A stretch of DNA of 32,502 bases from an uncultured Lentisphaerales bacterium (GCA_964405775.1 CAYOPG010000003.1:17592-50093), one strand, 5' to 3'. Counted from the first letter of the stretch, positions 1-9,569 are shown. A program made the numbers and translations. The notes: generated from the sequence alone by a model not told the origin.

Positions 1-602
1 CACCGCGCTGCTTGCGCATTTCCTCACGCTTTGCGCGCCACTCGGCTCTCTGCTCCTCGGTCAAAGCCGGGGCACCGCGGCCTTCGCCACGCTGTTTGCG
101 CATTTCCTCTCCGCGAGGGGGTTTATTAGGCTTATCAGGACCTTTGCCGTCGAGCTTCTTGATCTGGTCGATGCGGTTGTGCTCCTCGAAAACCCATTTG
201 ACCTGAACGCGGTCTCCTTTTTCAAAGCCTTCGAGCTGTTTCATCATCTCTTTGTCGAACCCACCACCCTTGTCAGGAGCGCCTCCGCGCCAGTAAGGGA
301 TGAACTCCATCCTTCCGTTGGGGCTTTCAACAACGATTTTCCCGCCGTCTTTAGCGGCGAGCGTGCCGACGAACGTGCCGCTCTTTTTTTCGGCTTTGTT
401 TTTCTGACCCATTTTGGCGCCCTGCTTTCCGCCTTCAGCCATTCTCCCCTTGCCTTTTTTCTGGGCAGGCTTGCCGACCTCGGCTTTTCGTTCTTTATTC
501 GCAGGTTTGTCGGGCTTGCCATTCTGCGCCTTTTGAGCGAAAGCATTACCGGCAAACAAGCATGCCGCCGCAAGGGCTACTGTCAATATTCTTGTCTTCA
601 TG
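1..602 (-). CDS. Secreted hypothetical protein with internal EEMRKQRG-containing repeats; partial, C-terminus lies beyond the window start
   Basis: Minus-strand ATG at 602-600 preceded by AGGAG (revcomp of 608-612). N-terminus MKTRILTVALAAACLFAGNAFAQ reads as a signal peptide, followed by Lys/Gly-rich sequence. The frame stays open to position 1. Not in the ORF track because it runs off the edge. A roughly 90-nt direct DNA repeat (6-27 and 98-118) encodes the EEMRKQRG repeat. Confidence 0.5.
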
Positions 603-722
603 ATAGGACTCCTGTGCTTGATTTGATCTTTTTTTCACCGTACGGGCGTTATGCAACGTACCGGTGAGCTGTTAGACGCAAGAGCACGCCGTTTTATTGT
701 TGTATACCTGCCAGATCAGATG

Positions 723-1358
723 TTATTCGTCACCTTCCAGGTTGGTGGAGGGAACGGACTCGGTCGAATCACCCAGTGGAAGCCGGCGGTTTTGGCGCGG
801 GATACCGAAAGCGAGCAGGCTCAGGGACTGCTCCATGACCGTCCCTAAACCGTAGGCTTCGTGGAGGTTCAGGAACATCTTGATTTTCGCTCCCTGATCT
901 CCATTTGACTTGCCACGGCGTGAGACTTCAAGGAAGAACCCGCGCACAGGCTCGGTCTGCGACGAGAGGTTTATTATTGTGGTCCAGTCACTTGTGTCAT
1001 GGTATAGCCCCTTGCCTTCGTTGACCGACGCCTCTTTCCCATTGAAGACCGAGAGCATTTGGCAGACGTCGCTGAAGTTTAGCTTCACTACAATCCTGTT
1101 ACCCCAGTCGAACGTCGCGTGCTGTCGTGTACCCTGATCCCGGGAGCCGCTCGCAGCGCTCCTCTGGGGAGCGAGCTTCATGAATATTGCGCCGTCGCGA
1201 TCCCCTGTGGCGGGCGTTATGTTGAAGCTCGCGACACTTCCAGTTCCCTTGCTGTTGGCATGGTAGAAGTTGAGAGCCGGGCTGAAGTTGCGCTGTTGCG
1301 CCGCATCTTGCCCATATTCTTGTCCGTCCTTCCGCTTTTCGTTTGAGTTGTTTCTCAT
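723..1358 (-). CDS. Hypothetical protein, 211 aa, no signal peptide; possible internal duplication
   Basis: Long ORF with a strong Shine-Dalgarno AAGGAGG 6 nt upstream of the ATG (revcomp of 1364-1370). No recognisable catalytic motifs. Two loosely similar segments (SFNITPATGDRDGAIFMKL and RGFFLEVSRRG...AKIKMFLNL). Confidence 0.6.
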   Translation of the reverse strand: MRNNSNEKRKDGQEYGQDAAQQRNFSPALNFYHANSKGTGSVASFNITPATGDRDGAIFMKLAPQRSAASGSRDQGTRQHATFDWGNRIVVKLNFSDVCQMLSVFNGKEASVNEGKGLYHDTSDWTTIINLSSQTEPVRGFFLEVSRRGKSNGDQGAKIKMFLNLHEAYGLGTVMEQSLSLLAFGIPRQNRRLPLGDSTESVPSTNLEGDE

Positions 1359-1443
1359 ATATGCCTCCTTGGTTGTTTGTTATGTTGCCGGACACAATTC
1401 CCGGAAAAACAATGACACATTAATACATCACGAAGGCAAAGGG

Positions 1444-1460
1444 GTCGCCTGTGAGGCGAC
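1444..1460 (-). terminator. Short GC hairpin (gtcgcc-N5-ggcgac) downstream of the HTH gene; weak terminator candidate
   Basis: Inverted repeat gtcgcctgtgaggcgac read directly from the sequence. No clear U-tract follows on the minus strand, hence the low confidence. Confidence 0.2.
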
Positions 1461-1483
1461 ATTTTCACAATGCCATCTGGAGT

Positions 1484-2002
1484 TCAGACAGGAAGCAGTG
1501 GTTGGTTGAACTCGAAAAGCGCTTCGTTTATCTGGAATAAATCGTAACTCTTGCGATCCAGAAAATATCTTATTATCAAATCGAATTCTGTGCTCTTGGA
1601 CAGGGAGTATCCGGCCGATTTCAAAAGATTCTCCGTACTCGCCGTTGAAAGTTGCAATGCAAGCGCGAAGGCGATGACTGTAACTTTTGTCGGTTGGTAG
1701 GATGAACTGCTGCGGATCTTGGAGAAGTGTTTCCTGTCCACATGCGCCCGCTTGTAAACATCAATCTCCCCCAAACCGCTTTCGCGGATATGGCGCAGCA
1801 ACAACTGAGAGAAAGTCGGATCGGCACTTGCCACAAAACCGGCGAGTCCGGCCGGTGGCTCGCATACGGCAGCGGAGCTTTCCAGAGACAATGCACGCTC
1901 GCACTCAAGGTGTTTGCGGAGGGCATCGAGAAATTCTGCCGGCAATCGCCCCGAGAGTCCTGACTCTATATGCTTGTTTATGCCTTGTTTCCCTAACATC
2001 AA
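1484..2002 (-). CDS. Helix-turn-helix (XRE-like) DNA-binding protein
   Basis: C-terminal half (EIDVYKRAHVDRKHFSKIRSSSSYQPTKVTVIAFALALQLSTASTENLLKSAGYSLSKSTEFDLIIRYFLD) matches a widespread HTH family annotated as XRE/HTH-domain proteins. Divergent from uxaC. Confidence 0.5.
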   Translation of the reverse strand: MMLGKQGINKHIESGLSGRLPAEFLDALRKHLECERALSLESSAAVCEPPAGLAGFVASADPTFSQLLLRHIRESGLGEIDVYKRAHVDRKHFSKIRSSSSYQPTKVTVIAFALALQLSTASTENLLKSAGYSLSKSTEFDLIIRYFLDRKSYDLFQINEALFEFNQPLLPV

Positions 2003-2076
2003 TCAGGCAACATCATACCAGACACCCCTTATTATTGCAATTTCCGGATCGCGCGATGCTGCGACCGATTACAATC

Positions 2077-2106
2077 TTGTGCGAGCCGGTCTGGCTATGG
2101 TAGAAT
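2077..2106 (+). promoter_or_regulatory. Sigma70-like promoter for uxaC: -35 TTGTGC, 18-nt spacer, extended -10 TGGTAGAAT
   Basis: Hexamers read directly from the sequence: -35 at 2077-2082, -10 TAGAAT at 2101-2106 with TGG immediately upstream. The same architecture recurs at 8428-8457 and 28650-28679. Confidence 0.4.
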
Positions 2107-2169
2107 CAAGGCGTGTTTGCAATATGCAGGCGCAGGTGCTGTTTTAATATTGACTGGAGCAAAATAGAA

Positions 2170-3582
2170 ATGCCGGGTAAACCGCTGATAACCGAAGACT
2201 TCCTGCTTGAAAACAAGTCTGCAAAGATCCTTTACCGCGATTATGCCAAGGACAAGCCGATAATTGACTACCACTGCCATATCCAGCCGCGCGAGATCGC
2301 CGAGAACAAGCGGTGGGACAACATTGCCCAGATATGGCTTGGTGGCGACCACTACAAGTGGCGGCTAATGCGAGCGCTTGGGATCGACGAGAGCTTCATA
2401 ACCGGCGGCGCCCCGGAGCTTGAGAAGTTCCGCACATTCGCTGGCGCGATGCCCAAAATGTTGCGCAACCCCATCTACCACTGGTCGCACCTTGAGTTGG
2501 CGCGCTATTTCGGGATTGACGACCTGCTGCTTTCTCAGGCGACGGCGGATGAAGTCTGGGAGCGCACTTCTGAACGGATCGCAGAAGCAGATTTCTCCGC
2601 GAAGGGGCTAATGAAGATGAGCGGCGTGGAGATCGCATGCACTACCGACGACCCCGTAGATTCACTCGAGTGGCACGCGGCGCTGCAGAACGATTCGACC
2701 TTCGGCATCAAGGTGCTACCCACATGGCGGCCCGACAAGGCCTTGAATCTGCACGATGCAAAAAAGTGGAACGAATGGGTCGACAAGCTGGAAAAAGCAG
2801 CTGACTTATCTATTGGTGATTTCAATGCCTTCATGGAGGCGCTGCAGAAAAGGCACAACTATTTTTCATCAATGGGCTGCCGGCTTTCCGACTATGGGAT
2901 AGAGACGGTTTATTCTGAATGCTGCACTGAGGGCGAGGCTGCGGCAATATTCGCTAAAGCACGTGGCGGCAGAAGCACAGATGCAGCCGAAGAGCTGAAA
3001 TTTAAATCATTCATGCTCGCGGCTTTTGGAGAAATGGACGCCATAAGCGACTGGACTTGGCAGATCCACTACAACGCACTGCGCAACAACAACACGCGTA
3101 TGTTCCGCCAGCTCGGACCCGACACCGGGTTCGACAGCATGGGCGACTGGCCGGTTGCGGAAGCGATATCGCGGCTTTTCGACAAGTTGGAGAAGAAGAA
3201 CAATCTCCCCCGCACAATCGTCTATTCTCTGAACCCGCGTGACAACGAGCTACTCGCATCCATGCTCGGGAACTTCCAGTCTGGACCAACTCCAGGCAAA
3301 ATGCAGCTCGGCAGCGGGTGGTGGTTTAACGACCAGATTGATGGCATGAGTCGCCAGATAGAGGCCGTCTCGCAGATGGGGCTAATAAGCACTTTCGTCG
3401 GAATGCTCACCGACAGCCGTTCGTTCCTGAGTTACACGCGCCATGAGTACTTCAGGCGGATACTTTGCAATATTTTTGGAGAGGACATGGAACGTGGCCG
3501 ACTGCCCCGAGATTTCGAGCTAGTCGGAGGAATGGTCTCCGGGATCTGCTACACGAACGCCGCCCAGTATTTTAAGTTCTAA
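2170..3582 (+). CDS. uxaC: Glucuronate isomerase (uronate isomerase)
   Basis: N-terminus MPGKPLITEDFLLEN and the HCHIQPREIAENKRWDNIAQIWLGGDHYKWRLMRA block are characteristic of UxaC. Start moved from the track's 2113 to the ATG at 2170, which has GGAG upstream and lies downstream of the predicted promoter. Confidence 0.9.
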   Translation: MPGKPLITEDFLLENKSAKILYRDYAKDKPIIDYHCHIQPREIAENKRWDNIAQIWLGGDHYKWRLMRALGIDESFITGGAPELEKFRTFAGAMPKMLRNPIYHWSHLELARYFGIDDLLLSQATADEVWERTSERIAEADFSAKGLMKMSGVEIACTTDDPVDSLEWHAALQNDSTFGIKVLPTWRPDKALNLHDAKKWNEWVDKLEKAADLSIGDFNAFMEALQKRHNYFSSMGCRLSDYGIETVYSECCTEGEAAAIFAKARGGRSTDAAEELKFKSFMLAAFGEMDAISDWTWQIHYNALRNNNTRMFRQLGPDTGFDSMGDWPVAEAISRLFDKLEKKNNLPRTIVYSLNPRDNELLASMLGNFQSGPTPGKMQLGSGWWFNDQIDGMSRQIEAVSQMGLISTFVGMLTDSRSFLSYTRHEYFRRILCNIFGEDMERGRLPRDFELVGGMVSGICYTNAAQYFKF

Positions 3583-3619
3583 AATTCCGGAGTGTGACAA
3601 TCGCGACAGAAACCATGAA

Positions 3620-4231
3620 ATGATTGAAGTGGATAAGGAAAGGCAAAACGAAATTAAAACAAAAGACTTCACAAAGGAAGTATTAAAGGTCCTCGAAGAC
3701 AGGAAGGCTGAGGACGTCGTAGTCATTGATGTTGCGGGGAGATCTTCCCTCGCAGATGTTCTCATCATCGCGACTGGGACTTCAGAGCCACACTTAAAGG
3801 CGCTTGCAGGCGCACTGCAGAAAGAATTGAAGAAGGTGGGCATCTCATCCCCACGCGTATCGGGAGATTCCGAAAGCGCGTGGATAATCGTCGACCTGTT
3901 CGACGTTATGATCCACCTGTTTCTGCCAGACGCCCGCATCTACTACAATCTGGAGTCTCTCTGGGTAGAGAAGCAGGAAGTTGTTGAGGAGAAGCTGAAG
4001 AAAGCGAAATCCGCGAAGACTGCAAAGGCAAAACCAAAGGCAAAAACTGCCACCGCCGCAAAACCACGCAAGACGTCAACCAAAACCGGAACTGTGGCGA
4101 AACCGCGCAAATCCGCGCAGCAGACTGGCTCGTCGGCGAAATCCAAGGCAAACAAAGCGCCCGGTAAAAAGACATCGGCAAAACCAAGCATCGTCAAAAC
4201 CGTTGCCGAAATTGCTGGCTCGGACAACTGA
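3620..4231 (+). CDS. rsfS: Ribosome silencing factor RsfS (Iojap family) with an ~85-aa C-terminal Lys/Ala/Pro/Thr-rich basic extension
   Basis: Residues 1-115 (VVIDVAGRSSLADVLIIATGTSEPHLKALAGALQKEL...IIVDLFDVMIHLFLPDARIYYNLESLW) match RsfS. The C-terminal tail KAKSAKTAKAKPKAKTATAAKPRKTSTK... resembles a histone H1/Hc1-like low-complexity region and lies in the same ORF. Confidence 0.8.
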   Translation: MIEVDKERQNEIKTKDFTKEVLKVLEDRKAEDVVVIDVAGRSSLADVLIIATGTSEPHLKALAGALQKELKKVGISSPRVSGDSESAWIIVDLFDVMIHLFLPDARIYYNLESLWVEKQEVVEEKLKKAKSAKTAKAKPKAKTATAAKPRKTSTKTGTVAKPRKSAQQTGSSAKSKANKAPGKKTSAKPSIVKTVAEIAGSDN

Positions 4232-5166
4232 TGAGCGGCACTCCAAGGTTCAAGCACCGCCTCGAATACTGGCTTGTACGTGCAATAGGCGGGTTTCTAA
4301 ACCTGCTCCCCTATCGCTGCGCGCTCGCCTTCGTATGGCTCATCGGTCGAGTTGTTTATACGTTTGCCGGCAGCAGGCGTCGCGAGGCGCTTCGCCGTGT
4401 AAAACTTGTATTCGGCGATTCGCTTACGGATCGTCAGGCAAGGCGCGTCTGCTGGATCTCACTCCGTAACACTCTTTTCAACGCCGTCGAGATGATGCGG
4501 ATACGAGATTTCACGCTCGACGATCTGCGTGTTATGATGCCGGGATTAATCGAGTGCATAAAACATGTGGAAAATTGCCTGAAAGAAACAAAAGGACGTG
4601 GCATAGTGCTCGCTCTGCCACACATGGGCAACTGGGATCTCGCGGGCTCTGCTTGCGCCCTCTCGGGGCTGCCAATCTTCAGCGTGGCAGCAAAGCAACG
4701 CAACGAGCTAATGAATGGCCTCATGAACAAATGGCGTGAGGGCCACGGCATGGCGATTATCGAGAGAGGTGGCGGAACACTGCGGCAGATACTGGAACGC
4801 ATCAAAGACGGGCAGATATTCGCCATATTGCCGGACACCCGCTCGTTCACACCGGATCTGCTTTTGCCGTTTTTGGGAGGAAAGGCGAATCTCGCACGCG
4901 GCATGGCCTCGTTCGCATACGCGGCGGAAGTGCCGGTCGTGCCTCTCGTTATTCGGCGAACAGGATGGCGCCGATTCAAAATCACTTTTCACGATCCAAT
5001 CTGGCCCGACTATACAGGCGGCAAAGAAGGCAAAGGCGACGAACTTCGGCGCATTACTGAAAAGACAATCGGGATCATAGATGCTGCCATTCACGAAACA
5101 CCAGAGCAGTGGTTCTGGTACAATAAACGATGGGTACTCGATCCCGTCGACAACAATCTGAGCTAA
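4231..5166 (+). CDS. Lipid A biosynthesis lauroyl/myristoyl acyltransferase family (LpxL/HtrB-like lysophospholipid acyltransferase)
   Basis: H(X)4D acyltransferase motif HMGNWD inside [14 protein letters not shown]-terminal hydrophobic anchor. TGATG overlap with the rsfS stop suggests translational coupling. Confidence 0.75.
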   Translation: MSGTPRFKHRLEYWLVRAIGGFLNLLPYRCALAFVWLIGRVVYTFAGSRRREALRRVKLVFGDSLTDRQARRVCWISLRNTLFNAVEMMRIRDFTLDDLRVMMPGLIECIKHVENCLKETKGRGIVLALPHMGNWDLAGSACALSGLPIFSVAAKQRNELMNGLMNKWREGHGMAIIERGGGTLRQILERIKDGQIFAILPDTRSFTPDLLLPFLGGKANLARGMASFAYAAEVPVVPLVIRRTGWRRFKITFHDPIWPDYTGGKEGKGDELRRITEKTIGIIDAAIHETPEQWFWYNKRWVLDPVDNNLS

Positions 5167-5195
5167 ACAACCTGACAAAATTTATAGGAGACACC

Positions 5196-6590
5196 ATGGA
5201 CTACAAAATCAAAGATATTGCGATGGCCGACTGGGGACGCGCCGAAATAGATATGGCGGAGAAGGAAATGCCAGGACTGATGGCAACCCGTCGTAAATAC
5301 GGCCCGGACAAACCACTTAAAGGCGCAAGGATCACGGGCAGTCTGCACATGACAATACAGACGGCTGTGTTGATCGAAACCCTCAAGGAGCTCGGAGCCG
5401 ACGTCCGCTGGGCTTCATGCAACATCTTCTCGACGCAGGATCACGCCGCCGCGGCGATTGCGGCCGTGGGCACCCCCGTGTTCGCTTGGAAAGGCGAAAC
5501 ATTGCGTGAATACTGGGACTGCACGCTTGCGGCTCTCACATGGCCCGGCGCCGACGGCCCCGACTTGATCGTCGACGACGGCGGAGACGCCACTCTGATC
5601 GTGCACCTCGGCGCTCGTGCGGAGAAAGACCCCTCGTTAATTGAAGGCCCGATAGAAAGCGAAGAACAGGGAATCCTCCACGATGTAATCCGCGAACGCA
5701 TCAAGGAGCAACCTGGATTTTTCACGAAACTGATCAATGGCCTCAAGGGAGTCTCCGAGGAAACAACCACGGGAGTTCACCGTCTTTACAAAATGGCTGA
5801 AAAGGGAGAACTCAAGATTCCCGCCATCAATGTCAACGATTCCGTCACCAAATCTAAGTTCGACAACATCTACGGCTGCCGCGAATCGCTTGTTGATGGC
5901 ATCAAACGTGCCACGGACGTGATGGTCGCCGGCAAGACCGCATTCGTCTGCGGGTTCGGAGATGTAGGCAAGGGATGCGCTGAAATCCTCGCAAGTCACC
6001 GCGCCCAGGTGTGGGTTTCTGAAATCGATCCTATATGCGCCCTGCAGGCATGCATGGCTGGTTACAAAGTGACGACCATCGAAGACGCTCTGCCATATGC
6101 GAACATATATGTAACCACAACGGGGAACTGCGACATCATAACCGCCGAGCACATGTCGAAAATGCGCGATCAGGCAATAGTCTGCAACATCGGCCATTTT
6201 GACGACGAAATCCAAGTCGCCAAACTGAATGCGTGGCCAGGCATAAAGCGTGTAAACATTAAGCCGCAGCTAGACAAGTACACATTCCCGGACGGCCACT
6301 GCATTTACCTTCTGGCAGAAGGGCGACTCGTCAACCTAGGCTGCGCAACCGGCCATCCCAGCTTTGTAATGTCGTGCTCTTTCGCGAACCAAGTTCTGGC
6401 ACAAATGGATTTGTGGAAAGGTGGAAAAAAGCCGGGCGTGTACTTGATCGAAAAGAAGCTCGACGAAGAGGTTGCCCGGTTGCATCTTGGCCAACTTGGC
6501 GCCAAGCTTACCTTGCTCACCGACAAACAGGCCGACTACATCGGCGTAAATAAAGACGGCCCGTTCAAGAGCGAGATGTACAGATATTAA
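5196..6590 (+). CDS. ahcY: Adenosylhomocysteinase (S-adenosyl-L-homocysteine hydrolase)
   Basis: [29 protein letters not shown] is the conserved AhcY N-terminus. NAD-binding [10 protein letters not shown] motif present. Start set at ATG 5196, which has AGGAG upstream, rather than the track's 5130. Confidence 0.9.
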   Translation: MDYKIKDIAMADWGRAEIDMAEKEMPGLMATRRKYGPDKPLKGARITGSLHMTIQTAVLIETLKELGADVRWASCNIFSTQDHAAAAIAAVGTPVFAWKGETLREYWDCTLAALTWPGADGPDLIVDDGGDATLIVHLGARAEKDPSLIEGPIESEEQGILHDVIRERIKEQPGFFTKLINGLKGVSEETTTGVHRLYKMAEKGELKIPAINVNDSVTKSKFDNIYGCRESLVDGIKRATDVMVAGKTAFVCGFGDVGKGCAEILASHRAQVWVSEIDPICALQACMAGYKVTTIEDALPYANIYVTTTGNCDIITAEHMSKMRDQAIVCNIGHFDDEIQVAKLNAWPGIKRVNIKPQLDKYTFPDGHCIYLLAEGRLVNLGCATGHPSFVMSCSFANQVLAQMDLWKGGKKPGVYLIEKKLDEEVARLHLGQLGAKLTLLTDKQADYIGVNKDGPFKSEMYRY

Positions 6591-6610
6591 GATACTGGGT
6601 GGCAGCTCCA

Positions 6611-6634
6611 TGTTTAAGCGTACATGGAGTTGGC
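6611..6634. terminator. Hairpin between convergent ahcY and ribF (ctccatg-N10-catggag); candidate bidirectional terminator
   Basis: Perfect 7-bp inverted repeat with a 10-nt loop read from the sequence, located between two convergent stops. No strong U-tract. Confidence 0.35.
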
Positions 6635-6653
6635 TGTAAGTCTGCCCTGGCTC

Positions 6654-7607
6654 CTAAAACCTAACCCCTTCTTTGACGGCCTGCACATCGGCCTTCATCT
6701 GGCGTATCAACTCGCCTCGAGTCTCAAACTTGACTTCGTCGCGGAGTTTGCGTACAAAGGCCACATCAAGAACCTCCCCGTGCAAGTCGCCTTGGAACCC
6801 GAGGATATGCACTTCGAGCAGCGCCACGTCTGGACGTGCGTTTGGGAAAGTTGGCCTGAATCCATAGTTGGCAACGCCTTTCATCCAGCCTTCCTCCTTG
6901 TGGGAAAGTCTGGACACCGCCACCTCGTAGACTCCGCCTGTGGGCGGCATTACCTCGGCGCGTGGTGTTATGTTCGCCGTAGCAAAACCAAGTTTCGCCC
7001 CTTCGCCTGTTCCGATGGCTGTGCGCTCGCGAATCATGTGCGGGCGTCCCAGCATGGCTGCGGCATCTTGGAGCTCTCCAGCGCTAATCGCCTCCCGTAT
7101 GCGCGAGCTTGAGATACGGGAGTCCGCGTGCACCACTATAGGAACCTCGATCACTGATATGTCCCCGCCGCTGAGGGTCTCTATGTCTGCGAGCGCCCCC
7201 GCTCGTTTGCTGCCGAATCGCCAGTTGTCACCGGAAACAACGGCACACGTCTTTCCCCGCTGCATCCATCCTCCCAAAAACTTCTGGACGAAACTGGCGG
7301 GCGCCAGGGCTGCCGTCTCCATCGTGAAGGGCAAAAGCATGCAACCATCCAAGCCAGCGGCCGCTAGAAGTTCCAGGCGCAGGTCGAGTGTGGTAAGCAA
7401 CTTCGGTCTACGCTCTGGGGCGATTATGGCGAGAGGATGAGGCTCAAAAGTCAGAGCCCAAGCCTCACCGCCGGTTGCCCGCGCGCGTTTGAGAGTGACG
7501 GAGAGAATATCGCGGTGGCCAAGATGAACCCCGTCGAAAAACCCTGCGGCGAGCGCAATTGAAGGAACCTCGTCGGCAAGACCTTCAGATGATTTGACGA
7601 CTTTCAT
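6654..7607 (-). CDS. ribF: Bifunctional riboflavin kinase / FMN adenylyltransferase
   Basis: MKVVKSS...AAGFFDGVHLGHRDIL is the nucleotidyltransferase motif GxFDGxHxGH. C-terminal riboflavin kinase region (GFATANI...GGVYEV). Start taken at the internal MKVV rather than the track's 7661. Confidence 0.85.
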   Translation of the reverse strand: MKVVKSSEGLADEVPSIALAAGFFDGVHLGHRDILSVTLKRARATGGEAWALTFEPHPLAIIAPERRPKLLTTLDLRLELLAAAGLDGCMLLPFTMETAALAPASFVQKFLGGWMQRGKTCAVVSGDNWRFGSKRAGALADIETLSGGDISVIEVPIVVHADSRISSSRIREAISAGELQDAAAMLGRPHMIRERTAIGTGEGAKLGFATANITPRAEVMPPTGGVYEVAVSRLSHKEEGWMKGVANYGFRPTFPNARPDVALLEVHILGFQGDLHGEVLDVAFVRKLRDEVKFETRGELIRQMKADVQAVKEGVRF

Positions 7608-7611
7608 CGAA

Positions 7612-8106
7612 TCACCCTCTGAAATGGCGCGACATCTCGCGATCGGCGTCGCGCTCCGCATCGCGTCTGCGGATCGTTTCGCGTTTATCTGCCAGCGCCT
7701 TGCCTTTGCACACCCCGAGCTCGACCTTGACTCGTCCTTTCACAAGATACAGAGCCAACGGCACAAGCGTGTGCCCCTTTTGTTCCACGAACTCCCTAAG
7801 CCGCAATATCTCTCTGCGGTGGAGTAGCAACTTGCGGGAACGCTGCGAATCGTGGTTGAAACGGTTGCCGAAGTCATACGGAGGGATCGTGACGTTGTGC
7901 AGAAACGCCTCGTTGGTGCGTTTGTCAATCTGCGCATACGCACCGGTCAGGCCCGCGTGCCCCATGCGGATAACCTTGACCTCCGTTCCGCGCAACTCCA
8001 GCCCAGCCTCGATTTTTTCAAGAACCGTGTAGTCGTGGAGGGCTTTGCGGTTGCGCGCCAAATAATGGCGCCCTCCCGGCGTGGACGACGCGGTCTTTTT
8101 CGCCAC
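7612..8106 (-). CDS. smpB: SsrA-binding protein SmpB
   Basis: MAKK...LARNRKALHDYTVLEKIEAGLELRGTEVKVIRMG...LLLHRREI is the conserved SmpB sequence. Confidence 0.9.
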   Translation of the reverse strand: MAKKTASSTPGGRHYLARNRKALHDYTVLEKIEAGLELRGTEVKVIRMGHAGLTGAYAQIDKRTNEAFLHNVTIPPYDFGNRFNHDSQRSRKLLLHRREILRLREFVEQKGHTLVPLALYLVKGRVKVELGVCKGKALADKRETIRRRDAERDADREMSRHFRG

Positions 8107-8111
8107 GGCCT

Positions 8112-8336
8112 CTAAATGCCCTTTTCGCCGAACTTCTCGAAGTCGTACTGAGCCAACAACTTGCCTTCCGCGATCTCGCGTAGCACGATGTCGAGGCGAT
8201 CTTCGTCGTGCGACAGGGGTTTCACCAGCGGACGCATCCCCTCATTAAGCTGTTTGAAGCGCATGGAAACCATGTTCACCAGCACCGGAATGCCGGGAAC
8301 GCGCATTTTTGCCAGCTCGAGTATTTCTACATTCAT
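8112..8336 (-). CDS. rpoZ: Probable DNA-directed RNA polymerase omega subunit
   Basis: 74 aa. MRFKQLNEG and IVLREIAEGKL resemble the RpoZ ARQ-motif region and the conserved ALREIAEG segment. Lies 5 nt upstream of smpB in the same operon. Confidence 0.5.
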   Translation of the reverse strand: MNVEILELAKMRVPGIPVLVNMVSMRFKQLNEGMRPLVKPLSHDEDRLDIVLREIAEGKLLAQYDFEKFGEKGI

Positions 8337-8427
8337 TTCTTTAACCTCTAGATATTTGATCGCCTTTTAAAAACGCCCGCAACTCTACCATATACCGTCC
8401 ACCGGCGTCAACCGAGTTTTTGCGCCC

Positions 8428-8457
8428 TTGCGTTGCGGCAGCAGTGCATGGTATACT
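8428..8457 (+). promoter_or_regulatory. Sigma70-like promoter: -35 TTGCGT, 18-nt spacer, extended -10 TGGTATACT
   Basis: Read from the sequence. Lies upstream of the esterase gene that starts at GTG 8500. Confidence 0.35.
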
Positions 8458-8499
8458 CGCGGAAGTTCTGGAACGAAACAACATTAAGGATAAAACAAG

Positions 8500-9546
8500 G
8501 TGAAACAGATCGGCAAGTTGCATCTCACTCCATCAGAGTACCATAAGCACCTAATGGACACTATCAAACCAGCGCTGGCGTATGAGGGCGGAAATGTGGC
8601 GGTGTGGCAACGGAAATTGCGTCGCAAGCTGAAGCAGCTTGTGGGAGACACTCCAGCCGAACGTGCACCGCTCAACGTACGCCAACTGTGGAAGCGCGAA
8701 ACCCCACTGGGAACGATCGAGAAAGTAGTCTTCACCTCAGAGCCGTATGCCGACGTTCTCGCCTTTGTATGCTTGCCGAAGAACATCAAGCCACCCTACA
8801 CTTTCATGATCTGCCTTCAAGGTCATTCCACTGGCATGCACAAGTCGATCGCTGTGGATCGCGACGACAATTCCCTGCCACACGAAGTGGTGGGCGACCG
8901 CGATTTCGGGCTTGGCTGCATGAGACGAGGAATTGCCGCGCTTTGCATAGAGCAACGTTCGTTTGGCGAACGCCGCGAACTTAGGCAGAAACAGATATCG
9001 CCGCACGGTTGTCACGATGCCACAATGCAAGCGCTAATGCTCGGACGCACTCTCCTGGGAGAGCGCGTGTACGATGTCGACCGAGGCATAGACTACCTTG
9101 CGGAGCGCGGAGATGCAGACATGCGGATGATCGGAGTAATGGGCAATTCCGGGGGAGGCACTGTCAGCCTATTCTCAGCCGCCCTGCTCCCGCGGATCGC
9201 TTACGCAATGCCATCGTGCTTTTTCTGCACATTTCGTGATTCGATCATGTCGATATACCACTGCGCCGACAACTACGTACCCGGTCTTTTTAAGGAGGCG
9301 GAGATGTCGGACGTTATGGGTCTCTTCGCACCCAAGCCTCTGGTGCTCGTGTCGGGGCGCGAGGATACGATATTCCCTATCAAAGGGACAAGGAAAGCGT
9401 TCAGAGCTTTGAAGAAAATATACGAATCTGCCGGCGCGGCGGATCGATGCCATCTGGTAGTCGGTCCCGAGGGACACCGCTACTACGCAGAACTTGCGTG
9501 GCCAGTCATGCTCAAGGAAATCAATAGACTGAAAGCCGGAAATTAA
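8500..9546 (+). CDS. Alpha/beta-hydrolase fold esterase (acetylesterase / dienelactone-hydrolase-like, Abhydrolase_7-type)
   Basis: GxSxG nucleophile elbow in VMGNSGGGTVSLF. The catalytic Asp/His region (HCADNYVPG) fits the alpha/beta-hydrolase fold. GTG start with AAGGA upstream. No signal peptide. Confidence 0.65.
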   Translation: MKQIGKLHLTPSEYHKHLMDTIKPALAYEGGNVAVWQRKLRRKLKQLVGDTPAERAPLNVRQLWKRETPLGTIEKVVFTSEPYADVLAFVCLPKNIKPPYTFMICLQGHSTGMHKSIAVDRDDNSLPHEVVGDRDFGLGCMRRGIAALCIEQRSFGERRELRQKQISPHGCHDATMQALMLGRTLLGERVYDVDRGIDYLAERGDADMRMIGVMGNSGGGTVSLFSAALLPRIAYAMPSCFFCTFRDSIMSIYHCADNYVPGLFKEAEMSDVMGLFAPKPLVLVSGREDTIFPIKGTRKAFRALKKIYESAGAADRCHLVVGPEGHRYYAELAWPVMLKEINRLKAGN

Positions 9547-9569
9547 CATATCGAATCCAATCCGGCATA

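Noticed and set aside
179-667. 162-aa plus-strand ORF in the track at the window start
   Set aside because: The opposite strand encodes a better gene: ATG at 602 with AGGAG upstream, a clear signal peptide, and a coherent Lys/Gly-rich product. The plus-strand ORF has no start context or motifs and is most likely an antisense artefact of GC-rich DNA.
603-722. Imperfect inverted repeat (caccgtacgg...cgtaccggtg) next to a T-run, between the two minus-strand genes, considered as an intrinsic terminator
   Set aside because: The stem is imperfect, and the T-run is on the wrong side of the hairpin for the minus-strand transcripts that end here. The orientation is inconsistent with a Rho-independent terminator.
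2113-2169. N-terminal extension of uxaC (MFAICRRRCCFNIDWSKIE...) proposed by the ORF track
   Set aside because: UxaC homologues begin at the MPGKPL-type N-terminus. The extension is Cys/Arg-rich nonsense and would overlap the predicted -10 element. The ATG at 2170 with GGAG upstream was preferred.
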